Part shown: positions 43,534 to 53,569 of the stretch, in pieces
How the letters are laid out: every line of letters starts with the position of its first letter
Numbering within the stretch: position 1 is the first letter of the stretch
Assembly: GCA_963848295.1 (NCBI GenBank)
Contig: CAWKDB010000010.1
Span: forward strand, 3,168,001-3,232,000
Direction of reading: 5' to 3'
DNA length: 64,000 bases
Source of the DNA: an uncultured delta proteobacterium
Lineage (GTDB): Bacteria; Myxococcota_A; Polyangia; Haliangiales; Haliangiaceae
Notes under the pieces: generated by a model
What the model was told of the DNA's origin: nothing
Databases searched by the model: none
What the model saw: the letters and a program-made list of their open reading frames with translations, nothing else
Made by a program: the position numbers and the translations under genes

Positions 43534-44760
43534 GTGAGGCGATTCGCGGTCCTAGCGGCGGTCGCCGCGTGCGGAGGTAGCGGCGCGCTGCCGGACAGCG
43601 CGGTCGTCGACGTCCTGCCCGACGCGTTCGTCTGTCAGTCGATCGGCGCGCTCCCCGCGTTTCAACGGCTCGGCGGCAACCCGTCGATGGTCGCCGGCGA
43701 GCACATCTTCACCGACCTCCAGGTCGACACCTCGATCGCGGACCCGAGCTTGTCGTGGAGCGACGCGGCTCAGGTGTTCGACCTCTACTACGCGACGCGC
43801 CACGCGACGACGTACGCAGACGCCGGGGTCCAGGAGATCCGCCACGCTCAGAGCGCCGACCTGTCCGGGTTCTCGCTCGACGACGAGCCCTCGCTGGTCG
43901 CGAATCCCGATCCGGACGCCTGGGACAACATCAACACCGAAACGCCGACCGTCGTCTTCAACCCGACCGCGCCGCCGGCCCAGCGCTACCTGATGATGTA
44001 CTCGGGAGCCAACGGCCCCTTCGCCTACGAGAGCGGGTTTCCGAACTACGCGATCGGCGCCGCGTTCTCCGAGGACGGCAAGCACTTCGCTCGGATCACG
44101 GCCGATCAATCGCCGCACGGCCAGGCCGGCTTGGTGCTCACCGGCCAGGACGCCTATCCAACCGCGATCGGGGCGATCGTCGCCGACCCCGAGCTCGCCC
44201 TCGTCGATGGCACCTATCACCTATTCTTCTCGAGCTACGCGTGCGGCGGCGCGGGCTGTCTGCCAACCGCGTACGGCATCGGCCACGCGACCTCGACGGA
44301 TGGCATCCACTGGACGGTCGCCGAGGCTCCGGTCGCGAGCTTGCTGTTCGATCCGAGCGACCCGGTCTCGGGTGGCGCCCAGCCCTCCGTCATCTACGAC
44401 CCCGTCCACTGCCTGTGGGAGATGTGGATCAGCGATTCGCCGACCGATACCGCGGCCCAGCCGGTGCAATTCAACAACATGGCCGGGCCGTGGCACGCGA
44501 CCTCGACCGACGGCGTGACCTGGACTCCGGACTACGCGGGGATGACTCGCGACCTGATCTGGAGCTCGATCGCACCCGGCGAGGATCGCGGGCTACTCAC
44601 CGGCCCGGACGTCGCGATCGACGGCGACGCGCGCTACATGGCCTACGTCGGGTTCAGCGATCAGGACGTGCCGGCGGATTTCTACCTGCCCGACATGTCG
44701 CCGGCCGGCTTCGAGCCCGCGGTGATGACACTCGACATCGCGACCCGCGGCGCGTTCTAG
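43534..44760 (+). CDS. Five-bladed beta-propeller glycoside hydrolase-like lipoprotein (GH43/GH130-like)
   Basis: Repeated ADP/ETP/AQP blade starts and Asp boxes (SEDGKHF, STDGIHW, STDGVTW); lipobox VAAC. Confidence 0.65.
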   Translation: MRRFAVLAAVAACGGSGALPDSAVVDVLPDAFVCQSIGALPAFQRLGGNPSMVAGEHIFTDLQVDTSIADPSLSWSDAAQVFDLYYATRHATTYADAGVQEIRHAQSADLSGFSLDDEPSLVANPDPDAWDNINTETPTVVFNPTAPPAQRYLMMYSGANGPFAYESGFPNYAIGAAFSEDGKHFARITADQSPHGQAGLVLTGQDAYPTAIGAIVADPELALVDGTYHLFFSSYACGGAGCLPTAYGIGHATSTDGIHWTVAEAPVASLLFDPSDPVSGGAQPSVIYDPVHCLWEMWISDSPTDTAAQPVQFNNMAGPWHATSTDGVTWTPDYAGMTRDLIWSSIAPGEDRGLLTGPDVAIDGDARYMAYVGFSDQDVPADFYLPDMSPAGFEPAVMTLDIATRGAF

Positions 44761-45698
44761 CGATTGTCGCTCTCGGTGCCGCGCCGGCGTAGGTCCGACG
44801 GATCGACGTTGCGCGCGATCAGCGACTCCTCGAAGCGCAACGCCCCGCCGCGCCGCCACGTCTGATACTCGGATTCGCTGACCGGGATGACTTGCGCGAC
44901 GGTCAGCGCCGGCGGGCCCTCCTCGAGCGGCAGCGTGAAGTCCCACGCGCGGGGCGAGCAGATGTAGACGTGAGGCAGGCGCAGCGAGACTTCGGGAATC
45001 GCGAGCGCGCCGATCACATCGCGCACCATCGTCCCGGGCTCGGGGAAGAACCCGGTGTCGCCGAGATGGAACGCGAGGTTCGCGAGGATCTGGCAGCACG
45101 CGTCGCTGTCGAGCGTCGACGCCATCACGAGCTCCACTCGCGGCCGCTCGCGATCCGGCCACTCGTGATTCGCTAACCCGACGGTGACGAACGTCCACTG
45201 GCCGAACCTCGGCTTGTTCGACACGCGGCCGACTTCGATCGAGCGGGCTTCCGCGTTCGCGTGGCGATAGGTCCGCGCCGAAAACGGTCCGAGCACCGCG
45301 CGCAGCAGCTCGCCGGCGCGGGTCGACAGCTGCAAGAACGGCGCGAGCTGCACGACCCCGCGCGCCATCACGATCCAGGTCGGCTGGAGCGCGAGCGTGC
45401 GGCGGAGATAATTCTGCGCGACGACTTTGTTGCCGACGTCCGCATGTGCGAGCGCGCCGCCCCACAGCGCGGTCGCGCTCTCCGGCTTCAAGCCGATCGC
45501 GCGATCGAACGCGCGCGCCGCATCGTGCGCTTTGCCCAAGCATAACAACGAGTGTCCGAGCCCCTTCCAGCCCAGCGCGTGCTGCGGAAACACCACGACC
45601 GCGCGCTCGAACTTCGCCGCAGCATCGACGTACTTCTCGACGCGAAACAGCTCGTTGCCCTCCGCGACCAGTGCGTCAGCCGCAGCCTGACTCATCAT
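44757..45698 (-). CDS. TPR plus suppressor-of-fused (SUFU)-like domain protein
   Basis: About three N-terminal TPRs; C-terminal WTFVTVGLA...RVELVM...PG...QVIPVSESEYQ...G pattern of bacterial SUFU-like domains. Confidence 0.7.
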   Translation of the reverse strand: MMSQAAADALVAEGNELFRVEKYVDAAAKFERAVVVFPQHALGWKGLGHSLLCLGKAHDAARAFDRAIGLKPESATALWGGALAHADVGNKVVAQNYLRRTLALQPTWIVMARGVVQLAPFLQLSTRAGELLRAVLGPFSARTYRHANAEARSIEVGRVSNKPRFGQWTFVTVGLANHEWPDRERPRVELVMASTLDSDACCQILANLAFHLGDTGFFPEPGTMVRDVIGALAIPEVSLRLPHVYICSPRAWDFTLPLEEGPPALTVAQVIPVSESEYQTWRRGGALRFEESLIARNVDPSDLRRRGTESDNR

Positions 45699-45755
45699 CC
45701 TTCGAGTATCACGCCACGGGCGCCGAGGCGACCGCGTCTGCTATGCTCGGCCTCG

Positions 45756-46268
45756 ATGACCGCTGGAGTTGGAGCCGACATCGAAGCGCTGTGTGCGAAG
45801 TGCGGAGATGTCTGGCACGTCGTCGTGGCCAAAGAACGCGACAAGATCGCGAAGGTCCAGTGCAAGCAATGCGGCGGCTATCACCGCTACAAGTCGGTCG
45901 CCGGTGCTTCGGCCGAGCAGAAGCATCCGCCGCGGTTCGGCGAGAAGCCCGAGAAGCCGGCGAAGGCCGCCAAGTCGACGGCGAAGGGGCCGGTCGAGCG
46001 GTTCGAGAAGCCGTCGGTCGCCGCCGATCTGTCGAAGCCCGTACGTACGTATCGCGCGAGCGAGAAGTTCGAGGCCGGCGAGCGCATCGATCATCCGACG
46101 TTCGGCCAAGGCGTGGTCGAGCTCTACGACGCCGGCAAGATCACGGTGTTCTTCAGCACCGGCCGGCGCGTGCTCGTCGCCGCGAAGGGCACCGAGAACG
46201 CGTTGTCGCGACCCAAGCCGTTCGACTACTCGAACGCCGCCGGCGGCAAGCGCGTCACCGAGAGCTGA
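45756..46268 (+). CDS. Zinc-ribbon protein with C-terminal PcrA/UvrD-Tudor-like module
   Basis: CAKC...H...CKQC...H; FEAGERIDHPTFGQGVV. Confidence 0.7.
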   Translation: MTAGVGADIEALCAKCGDVWHVVVAKERDKIAKVQCKQCGGYHRYKSVAGASAEQKHPPRFGEKPEKPAKAAKSTAKGPVERFEKPSVAADLSKPVRTYRASEKFEAGERIDHPTFGQGVVELYDAGKITVFFSTGRRVLVAAKGTENALSRPKPFDYSNAAGGKRVTES

Positions 46269-46274
46269 GCTCGG

Positions 46275-46985
46275 TCAGTAGTCCTGCGGAATGCACACGG
46301 CTTCGGTCGTGCCGGTCGTGATCACGAAGTCGTTCTCGCAGTACGAGCCGGGGTTGCACGTCATCGCGACCGATCGGCCGCCGACGCAGCCGGACAGCGC
46401 CGTAAAGTTGTCGTCGCACGTCGCCTGATCGCTACCGGGACACGTGCCCGCATCGGTGCAGTACCCGGTGCCGGCGTCACTCGTCGCGCAGCCGCTCGAG
46501 CACGGGATGCGATCGACCACGTAGCCGTCGAAGCACGTCGCGACGGTGCCGTTGTCGCAGATCGGACCGATCGCCGCGACGCAGATCGGATTCGGTGCGG
46601 TCTCGGTGCTGCAGAACACCTTCGGATACGAACCCGAGGTGTCGGCGATGCAGGCGCCGGTGCAGTCGCGCTCCAGGCTATAGCCTGCTCCGCACGTCAG
46701 CTCGGTGTTCGCGTCGAAGCAGATCTCGTCCTCGATGCCCGCGCAACGGGGATCGGCAACCCCCGACGTCGAGCATACCGCGTCGCGCAGGCCCTGGTAC
46801 GTGACGTCGATACACGTCGCATCGCCGCAGTCCGTGCCTTTGTCGTTGAAGTCCCGGATGTTCGAAAAGTCATCCGGAGGACCGCACGAGTAGATCGTGT
46901 TGCCGTTGCACGTGGCTTCGTTGTCCTTGCAGCGATCGCCACAGCTGGGCGCGAACACGAGGCCGAGGACGAGCAAGAACCGCAT
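46275..46985 (-). CDS. Cysteine-rich lipoprotein
   Basis: MRFLLVLGLVFAPSC signal peptide; more than 20 Cys in repeated short modules. Confidence 0.75.
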   Translation of the reverse strand: MRFLLVLGLVFAPSCGDRCKDNEATCNGNTIYSCGPPDDFSNIRDFNDKGTDCGDATCIDVTYQGLRDAVCSTSGVADPRCAGIEDEICFDANTELTCGAGYSLERDCTGACIADTSGSYPKVFCSTETAPNPICVAAIGPICDNGTVATCFDGYVVDRIPCSSGCATSDAGTGYCTDAGTCPGSDQATCDDNFTALSGCVGGRSVAMTCNPGSYCENDFVITTGTTEAVCIPQDY

Positions 46986-47068
46986 CGCGTCGAGAGAATC
47001 GACCACGGCGGGCGGTCGCGCGAGGTCACATCGAGGCAACAGCTGGCGATTGCGGTAGGGTCCGCGCA

Positions 47069-47704
47069 ATGGCTCGCCTCGGCTTGCTCGGACCTGGCAT
47101 CGTCGTCGTCGGCGCCGGCGTCGCCGCGTTGGGCATCTGGTACTGGCACCACGCCCAGCCCGTGGTGGGTGCGAAGATCGACACGATTCGGGTCGATCCA
47201 CGTAGCGAGTTCGTCGTCTACGCCGAGGCGGGCGGCGGCGATCGCGACTTCGTCGAGCTCCACGTCGGTGGCGAGCTGAGATGGCAGGCGCTGGTGCCGC
47301 ACTACGAGGGGCGCGTCGGCGCGCCGGGCATCGCATGGAGTCAGGACGTCGCGACGGTGCGCGTGAACCGCGACGGGCGCGAAGAGTTGTTCGTGCTCTC
47401 GGTCAAAGATGCGACGAAGGTCGGCGGCATGCGACTCGCGGTCGAGCACGAGCCGATTCCGCTGCAGACCGAGGCGAATTCTACGATGGTCACGCTCAGC
47501 GATCACTTCCGGACCTACGAGCTCGTCGCGGGGGGCGATTGGCATCAGCTTGTCGCGGTCGACCTCACTAACGGAACCGGCTTATGGAAGCTCGAATTAG
47601 GCAAGTCCGCGATCACTGGTGCACGGCTAGCCGGTAACTCGTTGATCATCGACCAGGGCGATAAACGAACCATCGTCAACACCGCGAACGGCAGCGTGCA
47701 GTAG
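47069..47704 (+). CDS. Membrane-anchored hypothetical protein with PQQ/beta-propeller-like repeats
   Basis: N-terminal TM helix; LVAVDLTNGTGLWK motif. Confidence 0.6.
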   Translation: MARLGLLGPGIVVVGAGVAALGIWYWHHAQPVVGAKIDTIRVDPRSEFVVYAEAGGGDRDFVELHVGGELRWQALVPHYEGRVGAPGIAWSQDVATVRVNRDGREELFVLSVKDATKVGGMRLAVEHEPIPLQTEANSTMVTLSDHFRTYELVAGGDWHQLVAVDLTNGTGLWKLELGKSAITGARLAGNSLIIDQGDKRTIVNTANGSVQ

Positions 47705-47764
47705 CGCGTTCAGTGATGCGGCCGTGACGGAGTTGTCACGCAGGCGGTATAGTTTCGATCGGTT

Positions 47765-50020
47765 ATGGCACTCGAGCGTTCGACCATACCGCCCGAGGTT
47801 TCGGGCGTGCATCGGCTCGAGCTCGTTCCCGAGGCCGAGCTCCGGCCGTCGTTGCGCGCGATCGAGCAGCCGGGCCGAACGCCGGCCGCGCCCGGCATCG
47901 GCGAGATCGCACCGACCGATCTCGGCGCGCCCGAGCTGTACCTCAACCGCGAGCTGACCTACCTCAACTTCTGTTGGCGCGTGCTGACCGAGGCCGACGA
48001 CGTCGGCGTGCCGCTGCTCGAGCGCATGAAGTTCATCGCGATCGTCAGCTCGAACATCGACGAGTTCTTCCAGAAGCGGATCGGTGGTCTCAAGCAGCAA
48101 GTCGGCGCCCAGGTCCACACGACGACGCCCGACGGGCGCACCCCGCAGCAGCAGATCGCCGATTGCATCGACGTCATCAACGCGCTCGAGCGCCGCAAGA
48201 TCCAGATCCTCGATCGCGTGACCGCCGAGCTCAAGGCGATCGGCGTGTGGCTCGCGCCGTACAAAGAGCTCGATGCGACGCAGCAAGCGTGGGTGCGCGA
48301 GCATTACCTGCGCAACATCTTTCCGCTCGTCACGCCACAGGCGATGGATCCGGCGCACCCGTTTCCGTTCGTATCGAACCTCTCGCTCAACCTGCTCGTG
48401 TCGCTGCGCTACGAGAACGACTCGGAGTCGCTGCTCGCGCGCGTCAAGGTGCCGGTCGGCGGCGGGGTGTCGCGGTTCGTGCGGCTCGGCTCGTCGCGCA
48501 CGTTCGTCGATCTCGCCGACGTGATGGCGAACAACCTGGATCTGCTGTTCCCCGGGATGGAGATCGAGGCGTGCTCGATGTTCCGGGTGACGCGCAACGC
48601 GATCACCGAACGCGATGAAGAAGAAGCCGACGACTTGCTCGAGATGATCGAGATCGAGCTGCGCAATCGCAAGTTCGCCCCGGTCGTGCGGTTGCAGGTC
48701 GATCGCACGATGACGCACCTGCTCCGCGGCCGGATCGCCGCCGAGCTTGGACTCGACACCGAGCTCGACGTGTTCGAAGCCGACGGCATGCTCGGGCAAC
48801 GCGACGTCATGGAGGTCGCGACGCTCGACATGCCGGAGCTGCGCGATCCGCCGCACGCACCGGCGCAGCCGGTCGATTTCCTGAGCGAGGGCAACGTATT
48901 TCACGCCATCCGCGACGCGAAGCACCTGCTCGTGCATCACCCGTACGAATCGTTTCAGGAGTCGGTCGAGCGGTTCCTGCGCGAGGCGTCGGACGATCCC
49001 AAGGTTCGCGCGATCAAGATGACGCTGTACCGCACGTCTAAGGACTCCGAGGTGATCAAGCACCTCGTGCGCGCGGCGCGCAACGGCAAGCAGGTCGCGG
49101 TCGTGCTCGAGCTCAAGGCGCGGTTCGACGAAGAAGCGAACATCAAGTGGGCGACGCGCATGGAACGCGCCGGCATCCACGTCACGTACGGCGTCGTCGG
49201 GTTGAAGACGCACACGAAGATCACGCTCGTCGTACGCAACGACTTCGACGGCCTGCGCCGCTACGCGCACGTCTCGACCGGCAACTATCACGCGGGCACC
49301 GCGCGGCTCTACACCGACCTCGCGCTGTTCACGTGTGACGACGCGATCGGCCGCGACCTGACCGAGCTGTTCAATTATCTGACGACTGGCTACAAGCCGC
49401 GTCGCAAGTACCAGAAGCTGCTCGTCGCCCCGAAGCAGTTGAAGGCGGCGCTGCTCGAAAAGATCGAGCGAGAGATCGCGGTGCAATCGTCGGGCGAGCG
49501 CGGTCACATCCAGTGGAAGATCAACGCGCTCGAGGACGTCGACATCGTGCGCGCGCTGTATCGCGCGTCGCAGCGCGGCGTGACGATCGATCTCGTCGTG
49601 CGCGATACGTGTCGGCTGCGACCGGGACTCGAGGGCGTCTCGAGCACGATCAAGGTGGTCAGCGTGGTCGGCCGATTCCTCGAGCACGGCCGGATCTTCT
49701 ATTTCCATAACGGAGGTCGACCCGAGTACTACATCGGCTCGGCCGATGCGATGCAGCGCAACCTCGAGAAGCGAGTCGAGGTGTTGTGTCCGATCGAAGA
49801 CCCGCGGCTGCAGGGCGAGCTGCGCCACATCCTCGACATCGAGCTCTCCGATCAGCGCGGTGCGTGGGACATGCTGCCCGACGGTAGCTACTTGCATCGC
49901 ACCGGCCTCAACGCGAAGCACAGCCAGCAGCAGCTGATCGAGCGCACCGAGCGCCGGCTCAAAGAGGCGACCCGTTTGCGCCGCCGCAAGGTGCAAGCGA
50001 TCGCGCGCCGACGGCGCTAG
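47765..50020 (+). CDS. ppk1: Polyphosphate kinase 1
   Basis: LNRELTYL, HPFPFVSNLSLN, HHPYESF, ELKARFDEEANI, KTHTK, GRFLEHGR, GSADAM.RNL. Confidence 0.97.
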   Translation: MALERSTIPPEVSGVHRLELVPEAELRPSLRAIEQPGRTPAAPGIGEIAPTDLGAPELYLNRELTYLNFCWRVLTEADDVGVPLLERMKFIAIVSSNIDEFFQKRIGGLKQQVGAQVHTTTPDGRTPQQQIADCIDVINALERRKIQILDRVTAELKAIGVWLAPYKELDATQQAWVREHYLRNIFPLVTPQAMDPAHPFPFVSNLSLNLLVSLRYENDSESLLARVKVPVGGGVSRFVRLGSSRTFVDLADVMANNLDLLFPGMEIEACSMFRVTRNAITERDEEEADDLLEMIEIELRNRKFAPVVRLQVDRTMTHLLRGRIAAELGLDTELDVFEADGMLGQRDVMEVATLDMPELRDPPHAPAQPVDFLSEGNVFHAIRDAKHLLVHHPYESFQESVERFLREASDDPKVRAIKMTLYRTSKDSEVIKHLVRAARNGKQVAVVLELKARFDEEANIKWATRMERAGIHVTYGVVGLKTHTKITLVVRNDFDGLRRYAHVSTGNYHAGTARLYTDLALFTCDDAIGRDLTELFNYLTTGYKPRRKYQKLLVAPKQLKAALLEKIEREIAVQSSGERGHIQWKINALEDVDIVRALYRASQRGVTIDLVVRDTCRLRPGLEGVSSTIKVVSVVGRFLEHGRIFYFHNGGRPEYYIGSADAMQRNLEKRVEVLCPIEDPRLQGELRHILDIELSDQRGAWDMLPDGSYLHRTGLNAKHSQQQLIERTERRLKEATRLRRRKVQAIARRRR

Positions 50021-50039
50021 GTGGGTGCCGCTCCTAGCA

Positions 50040-50205
50040 TCGGCTGCTGCCCGATCGCGAGACGCGCACCGTGTTCCTCGGCTCGATCGAGACGTGGACG
50101 AACGTGTGCGTGCTCGTCGTGCAGTCGCTGCTCGCCGCGCCGCTGCTGCGCCGCCTCGGGCCGGGCATCGTGTTGTGCGCGCTGCCGATCGCCCAGCTCG
50201 TCGGG
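50040..50205 (+). pseudogene. Fragment resembling an MFS/NTP translocase (ATP:ADP antiporter-like) transporter
   Basis: RTVFLGSIETWTNVCVLVVQSLLAAPLLRRLGPGIVLCALP resembles an internal TM pair of that family; no credible start. Confidence 0.45.
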
Positions 50206-50532
50206 ATGAAGTTCGATCACACCGCCGACGAGCGGCTACCGGCGGGAAAGCCGATCGATCTCGATCTCAAGGCCGTCCCGCTGCGCGATGCGCTCCGGCT
50301 GATCACCGCCGGCAAGAACATCACGCTCGTGATGCCCGAGACGATCCAAGGCAGCGTGACGATCACCGGCAAAGCCATGCCGTGGCAGGACGCGCTGTCC
50401 GCGGTGCTCGAGGCGAAGGGCCTGTGGTACCGGTTCCGGCCCGAGGGCGCGATCTTGCGCATCGCGCCGCGCCACGAGCTCGACCGGGAAGACGAAGACA
50501 CGCTCGAACGAACGCGCCACCACTCGCATTAG
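50206..50532 (+). CDS. Stand-alone secretin/TonB short N-terminal (STN, PilQ-N-like) domain, possibly a fragment
   Basis: GKPIDLDLKAVPLRDALRLI...GSVTI....PWQDALSAVLEAKGL...LRIAP. Confidence 0.65.
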   Translation: MKFDHTADERLPAGKPIDLDLKAVPLRDALRLITAGKNITLVMPETIQGSVTITGKAMPWQDALSAVLEAKGLWYRFRPEGAILRIAPRHELDREDEDTLERTRHHSH

Positions 50533-50598
50533 CGACGTACCAGCTAGCTGGGGACGGAGTAACTTTTGACACCTTCCTAAGCCGGCTATGCTGCGGCG

Positions 50599-51276
50599 AT
50601 GGCCAGCGCTGTCGTCTTGCTCTCGGGTGGGCTCGACTCCACCACCGTGCTCGCGATCGCGCGCTCGCAGGGCTTCGACTGCTACGCGCTGACCGTCCGT
50701 TACGGCCAGCTCCACGCCGTCGAGCTCGACGCGGCCCGTCGCGTCGCCGCGCTGGCCGGGGTGCGCGACCACCGCGTGGTCGACGTCGACCTGTCGCCGC
50801 TCGCGGCATCGGCGCTGACCCGCAAGGACGTCGCGATCCCCAAGGACCGCACGCTCGCCGACATCGGCGCGCCCGGCGACGTCCCGGCGACCTACGTCCC
50901 GGCCCGCAACACCGTGTTGCTCGCACTCGCGCTCGCCTGGGCCGAATCGCTCGGCGCGCGGGATCTGTTTCTCGGCGTCAACGTGCTCGACGCGAGCGGC
51001 TATCCCGACTGCCGGCCGGAGTTCATCGCCGCGTTCGAGGCGCTCGCGCAAGTCGCGACGCGCGCCGGCGGGTTCCAGATCCATGCGCCGCTGATCACAC
51101 TGACCAAGGCTGCGATCATCCGGCTCGGCCTCGGCCTCGGGGTCGACTACGCGCTGACTCACTCGTGTTACGACCCCGCGCCCGACGGCGCCGCGTGCGG
51201 CCGGTGCGATGCGTGCGCGCTTCGCCGCAAGGGTTTCGCGGAGGCCGGGGTCGCCGACCCGACCCGCTACGCGTAG
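50599..51276 (+). CDS. queC: 7-cyano-7-deazaguanine synthase
   Basis: [29 protein letters not shown]...CGRCDAC. Confidence 0.97.
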   Translation: MASAVVLLSGGLDSTTVLAIARSQGFDCYALTVRYGQLHAVELDAARRVAALAGVRDHRVVDVDLSPLAASALTRKDVAIPKDRTLADIGAPGDVPATYVPARNTVLLALALAWAESLGARDLFLGVNVLDASGYPDCRPEFIAAFEALAQVATRAGGFQIHAPLITLTKAAIIRLGLGLGVDYALTHSCYDPAPDGAACGRCDACALRRKGFAEAGVADPTRYA

Positions 51277-51288
51277 TATCTAGCCGGC

Positions 51289-52389
51289 ATGAAGCTCGGC
51301 ACGCTGCTGCTCCGCAACGCCGCGATCGGGCTCGCTCAGCTCGAGGCCGCGTTGCGCAACCAGGTGCTGTACGGCGGCCGGCTCGGCACGAACCTGGTCG
51401 AGCTCGGCTTCATCGATCTCGAGACCCTGTCGACGTACCTCGCGGAGCTGTCCGGATTCCCGGTGGCGACGCCGGGGTTACTCGACGGCGCCGACGCGGA
51501 TTTAATCTCCGCGGTCGGCGGCGAAGAGGCGCACCGGCTCCGCGTGATCCCGCTCGGCCATCTCGCAGACGGCGCGGAGTCGGTCGCGGTGGCGTTCGTC
51601 GATCCGACCGATCGCGATGCGATCGCGGCGCTCGAGACTCGCCTCGGCGTGAAGATCACGGCGTACGTCGTGCCCGAGTTGCGCGCGCTGTACTACCTCG
51701 AGAAACATTTCGGCCTGCCGCGGCGCGCTCGGTTCATTCGCACCGCGTCGACCAGCGCCGATGCGGGCCCGGCCGACGAGCGCCGGCGCTCGCAACCGGC
51801 CGGTGGCATCGCGATGCCTCCGGCGTTCACGCTCGAGCCGCGTCGGCGTCGCGCATCACAGGCGCCGCCGGTCCGCGCCGTGCCGATCGGTCTGTCGTAC
51901 GGCGCCGCATGCGAGCGGATCGACACCGCGACGAGTCGCGAGCAGATCGCCGAGGCGTTCGTCGATTACGCCCAAGGCCGCTGCGATGCGCTCGTCGTCT
52001 TGCTCGTTCGCGATGGCAATGCAGTCGGCTGGCGCGGCTACGTCGCTCCGCCGGCCTCGCCGAAAACGCCGTTCGAAGAGCTCTCGCTCCCGCTCGGCGG
52101 CGCCTCGTCCTTGCAGTCCGCCCACGATGCCGGTCAGGCATATATCGGGCCGCCGCCATCGCCCGCGCGCCCGGTCGAGAACACGTTGTGGACCGCGCTC
52201 GGCGCCGAGCCCGCGCCGGTCGAAGTGCTGGTCGTACCGGTGATGGTGAAGCAACGCGCGGTGAATCTGATCTACGTGCACACGCTTGGCGGTCCGCCGC
52301 CAAGCGCGCTGGTCAACGAGCTCAGCGATCTCGCGAGCCGAGCCCAGACCAGCTACCTGCGCTTGATCCGGCAGACCCGCGCGTCGTGA
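51289..52389 (+). CDS. MshEN (T2SSE_N) domain protein without ATPase; putative c-di-GMP receptor
   Basis: Tandem (K/R)LGxxLxxxxxIxxxxLxxxL motifs: KLGTLLLRNAAIGLAQLEAALRNQ and RLGTNLVELGFIDLETLSTYL; no Walker A. Confidence 0.78.
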   Translation: MKLGTLLLRNAAIGLAQLEAALRNQVLYGGRLGTNLVELGFIDLETLSTYLAELSGFPVATPGLLDGADADLISAVGGEEAHRLRVIPLGHLADGAESVAVAFVDPTDRDAIAALETRLGVKITAYVVPELRALYYLEKHFGLPRRARFIRTASTSADAGPADERRRSQPAGGIAMPPAFTLEPRRRRASQAPPVRAVPIGLSYGAACERIDTATSREQIAEAFVDYAQGRCDALVVLLVRDGNAVGWRGYVAPPASPKTPFEELSLPLGGASSLQSAHDAGQAYIGPPPSPARPVENTLWTALGAEPAPVEVLVVPVMVKQRAVNLIYVHTLGGPPPSALVNELSDLASRAQTSYLRLIRQTRAS

Positions 52390-52433
52390 ACGTAGCGGTT
52401 GCGCCGAGGCGGTCGGTGTGTAGGATGCGCGCC

Positions 52434-53225
52434 ATGTCGGAGCCGAAAGTGTACGACCAAGCGCCGGGCAACGTGCTTCAGAACATGTATCTCAAGCACC
52501 GCTTGAGGAAGTGGGCGGCGAAGGGGATGCGCTTCATCGAGATGGGTGCGGGCAACGGCCACATCTCGAGCATCCTGCTCGAAGCCGGGCTGCACGGTAT
52601 CGGGTACGACCTCAGCGAGAAGGCGTGCGCGAACAACGCCGCGCGCAACGAGCTCTACATCGCCCGGCAACAGTATGCGGTCCGCAACGCGGACTTCCTC
52701 GAGTACGACGGCGACAAGGTCGACATCATCATCTCATCGCACGTGATGGAGCACCTGCCCGAGGACGACGTCGAGAGGTTCCTCGCGAAGTGCTCGTCGG
52801 TGCTCGAAGAAGGCGGCCGGATCATCTCGATCGTGCCCTCGGGCGGGAAGTACTGGGGCATCGAGGACGAGACCTCAGGGCACTACCGGCGCTACGAGTA
52901 CGGCGATTTTCAGTCGTTCTCGGAGCGCTTCAAGTTTCAGAACACGCATCTGTCCGGCCTGACATACCCGTTGTCGAACGTGCTGTTTGGCCTGTCGAAC
53001 TCGTTGGTGCGCAGGCACGACGGCTGGAAGATGCAGCTCAGCATGCGCGAGCGGACGGTCCAGTCGTCGTCGGGCGTGAAGCAGATCAAGTTCAAGACGG
53101 TGTTCCCGCACTACTTCAAGTACCTGATCAACGAAGCGACGATGTACCCGTTCTTCCTGATGCAGCTGATGTCGGCCAAGAGCCCCAACTGCATGGTTAT
53201 CTACTCGGAGCTTTCGAAGGCGTGA
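52434..53225 (+). CDS. Class I SAM-dependent methyltransferase
   Basis: IEMGAGNG motif I, SHVMEHL, DETSGHYRRY; lower GC than neighbours. Confidence 0.88.
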   Translation: MSEPKVYDQAPGNVLQNMYLKHRLRKWAAKGMRFIEMGAGNGHISSILLEAGLHGIGYDLSEKACANNAARNELYIARQQYAVRNADFLEYDGDKVDIIISSHVMEHLPEDDVERFLAKCSSVLEEGGRIISIVPSGGKYWGIEDETSGHYRRYEYGDFQSFSERFKFQNTHLSGLTYPLSNVLFGLSNSLVRRHDGWKMQLSMRERTVQSSSGVKQIKFKTVFPHYFKYLINEATMYPFFLMQLMSAKSPNCMVIYSELSKA

Positions 53226-53569
53226 CATGGCCGCTCCCGCTCTTTCAGATTGCTTGGAGTGCCAACGCGTGTGACGCAGGTCGGGTTGTCCTACATCGGC
53301 GCCGATCCCGATTTTCGACCCCACGTCAAGCCCTGCGCCGATGGTCGATGTTTCTTCTAATCATATGAAATTACTAGGAAACTTTGACTTGTGCGATCAT
53401 CGGGACAGGAACTTGACTGCGCCGCGCAACGAGGCAATCTGCGGCTCGTGGCACAACGTCTGTCCCTCCCCGCCCAGAAGATCGGTCCCGGTACGATCGC
53501 TGCGGCACTCGCGGCTCTCTCGATGGCTCTGATCGCCCATCTGATGTAAATCGTCGCGGCCAAGCCGCA

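Noticed and set aside
50599..53225. queC plus methyltransferase as a Dpd or QatABCD-type defence locus
   Set aside because: QueC is a canonical 225-aa enzyme with host-like composition, and there is no dpdA/TGT, TatD or ATPase partner adjacent.
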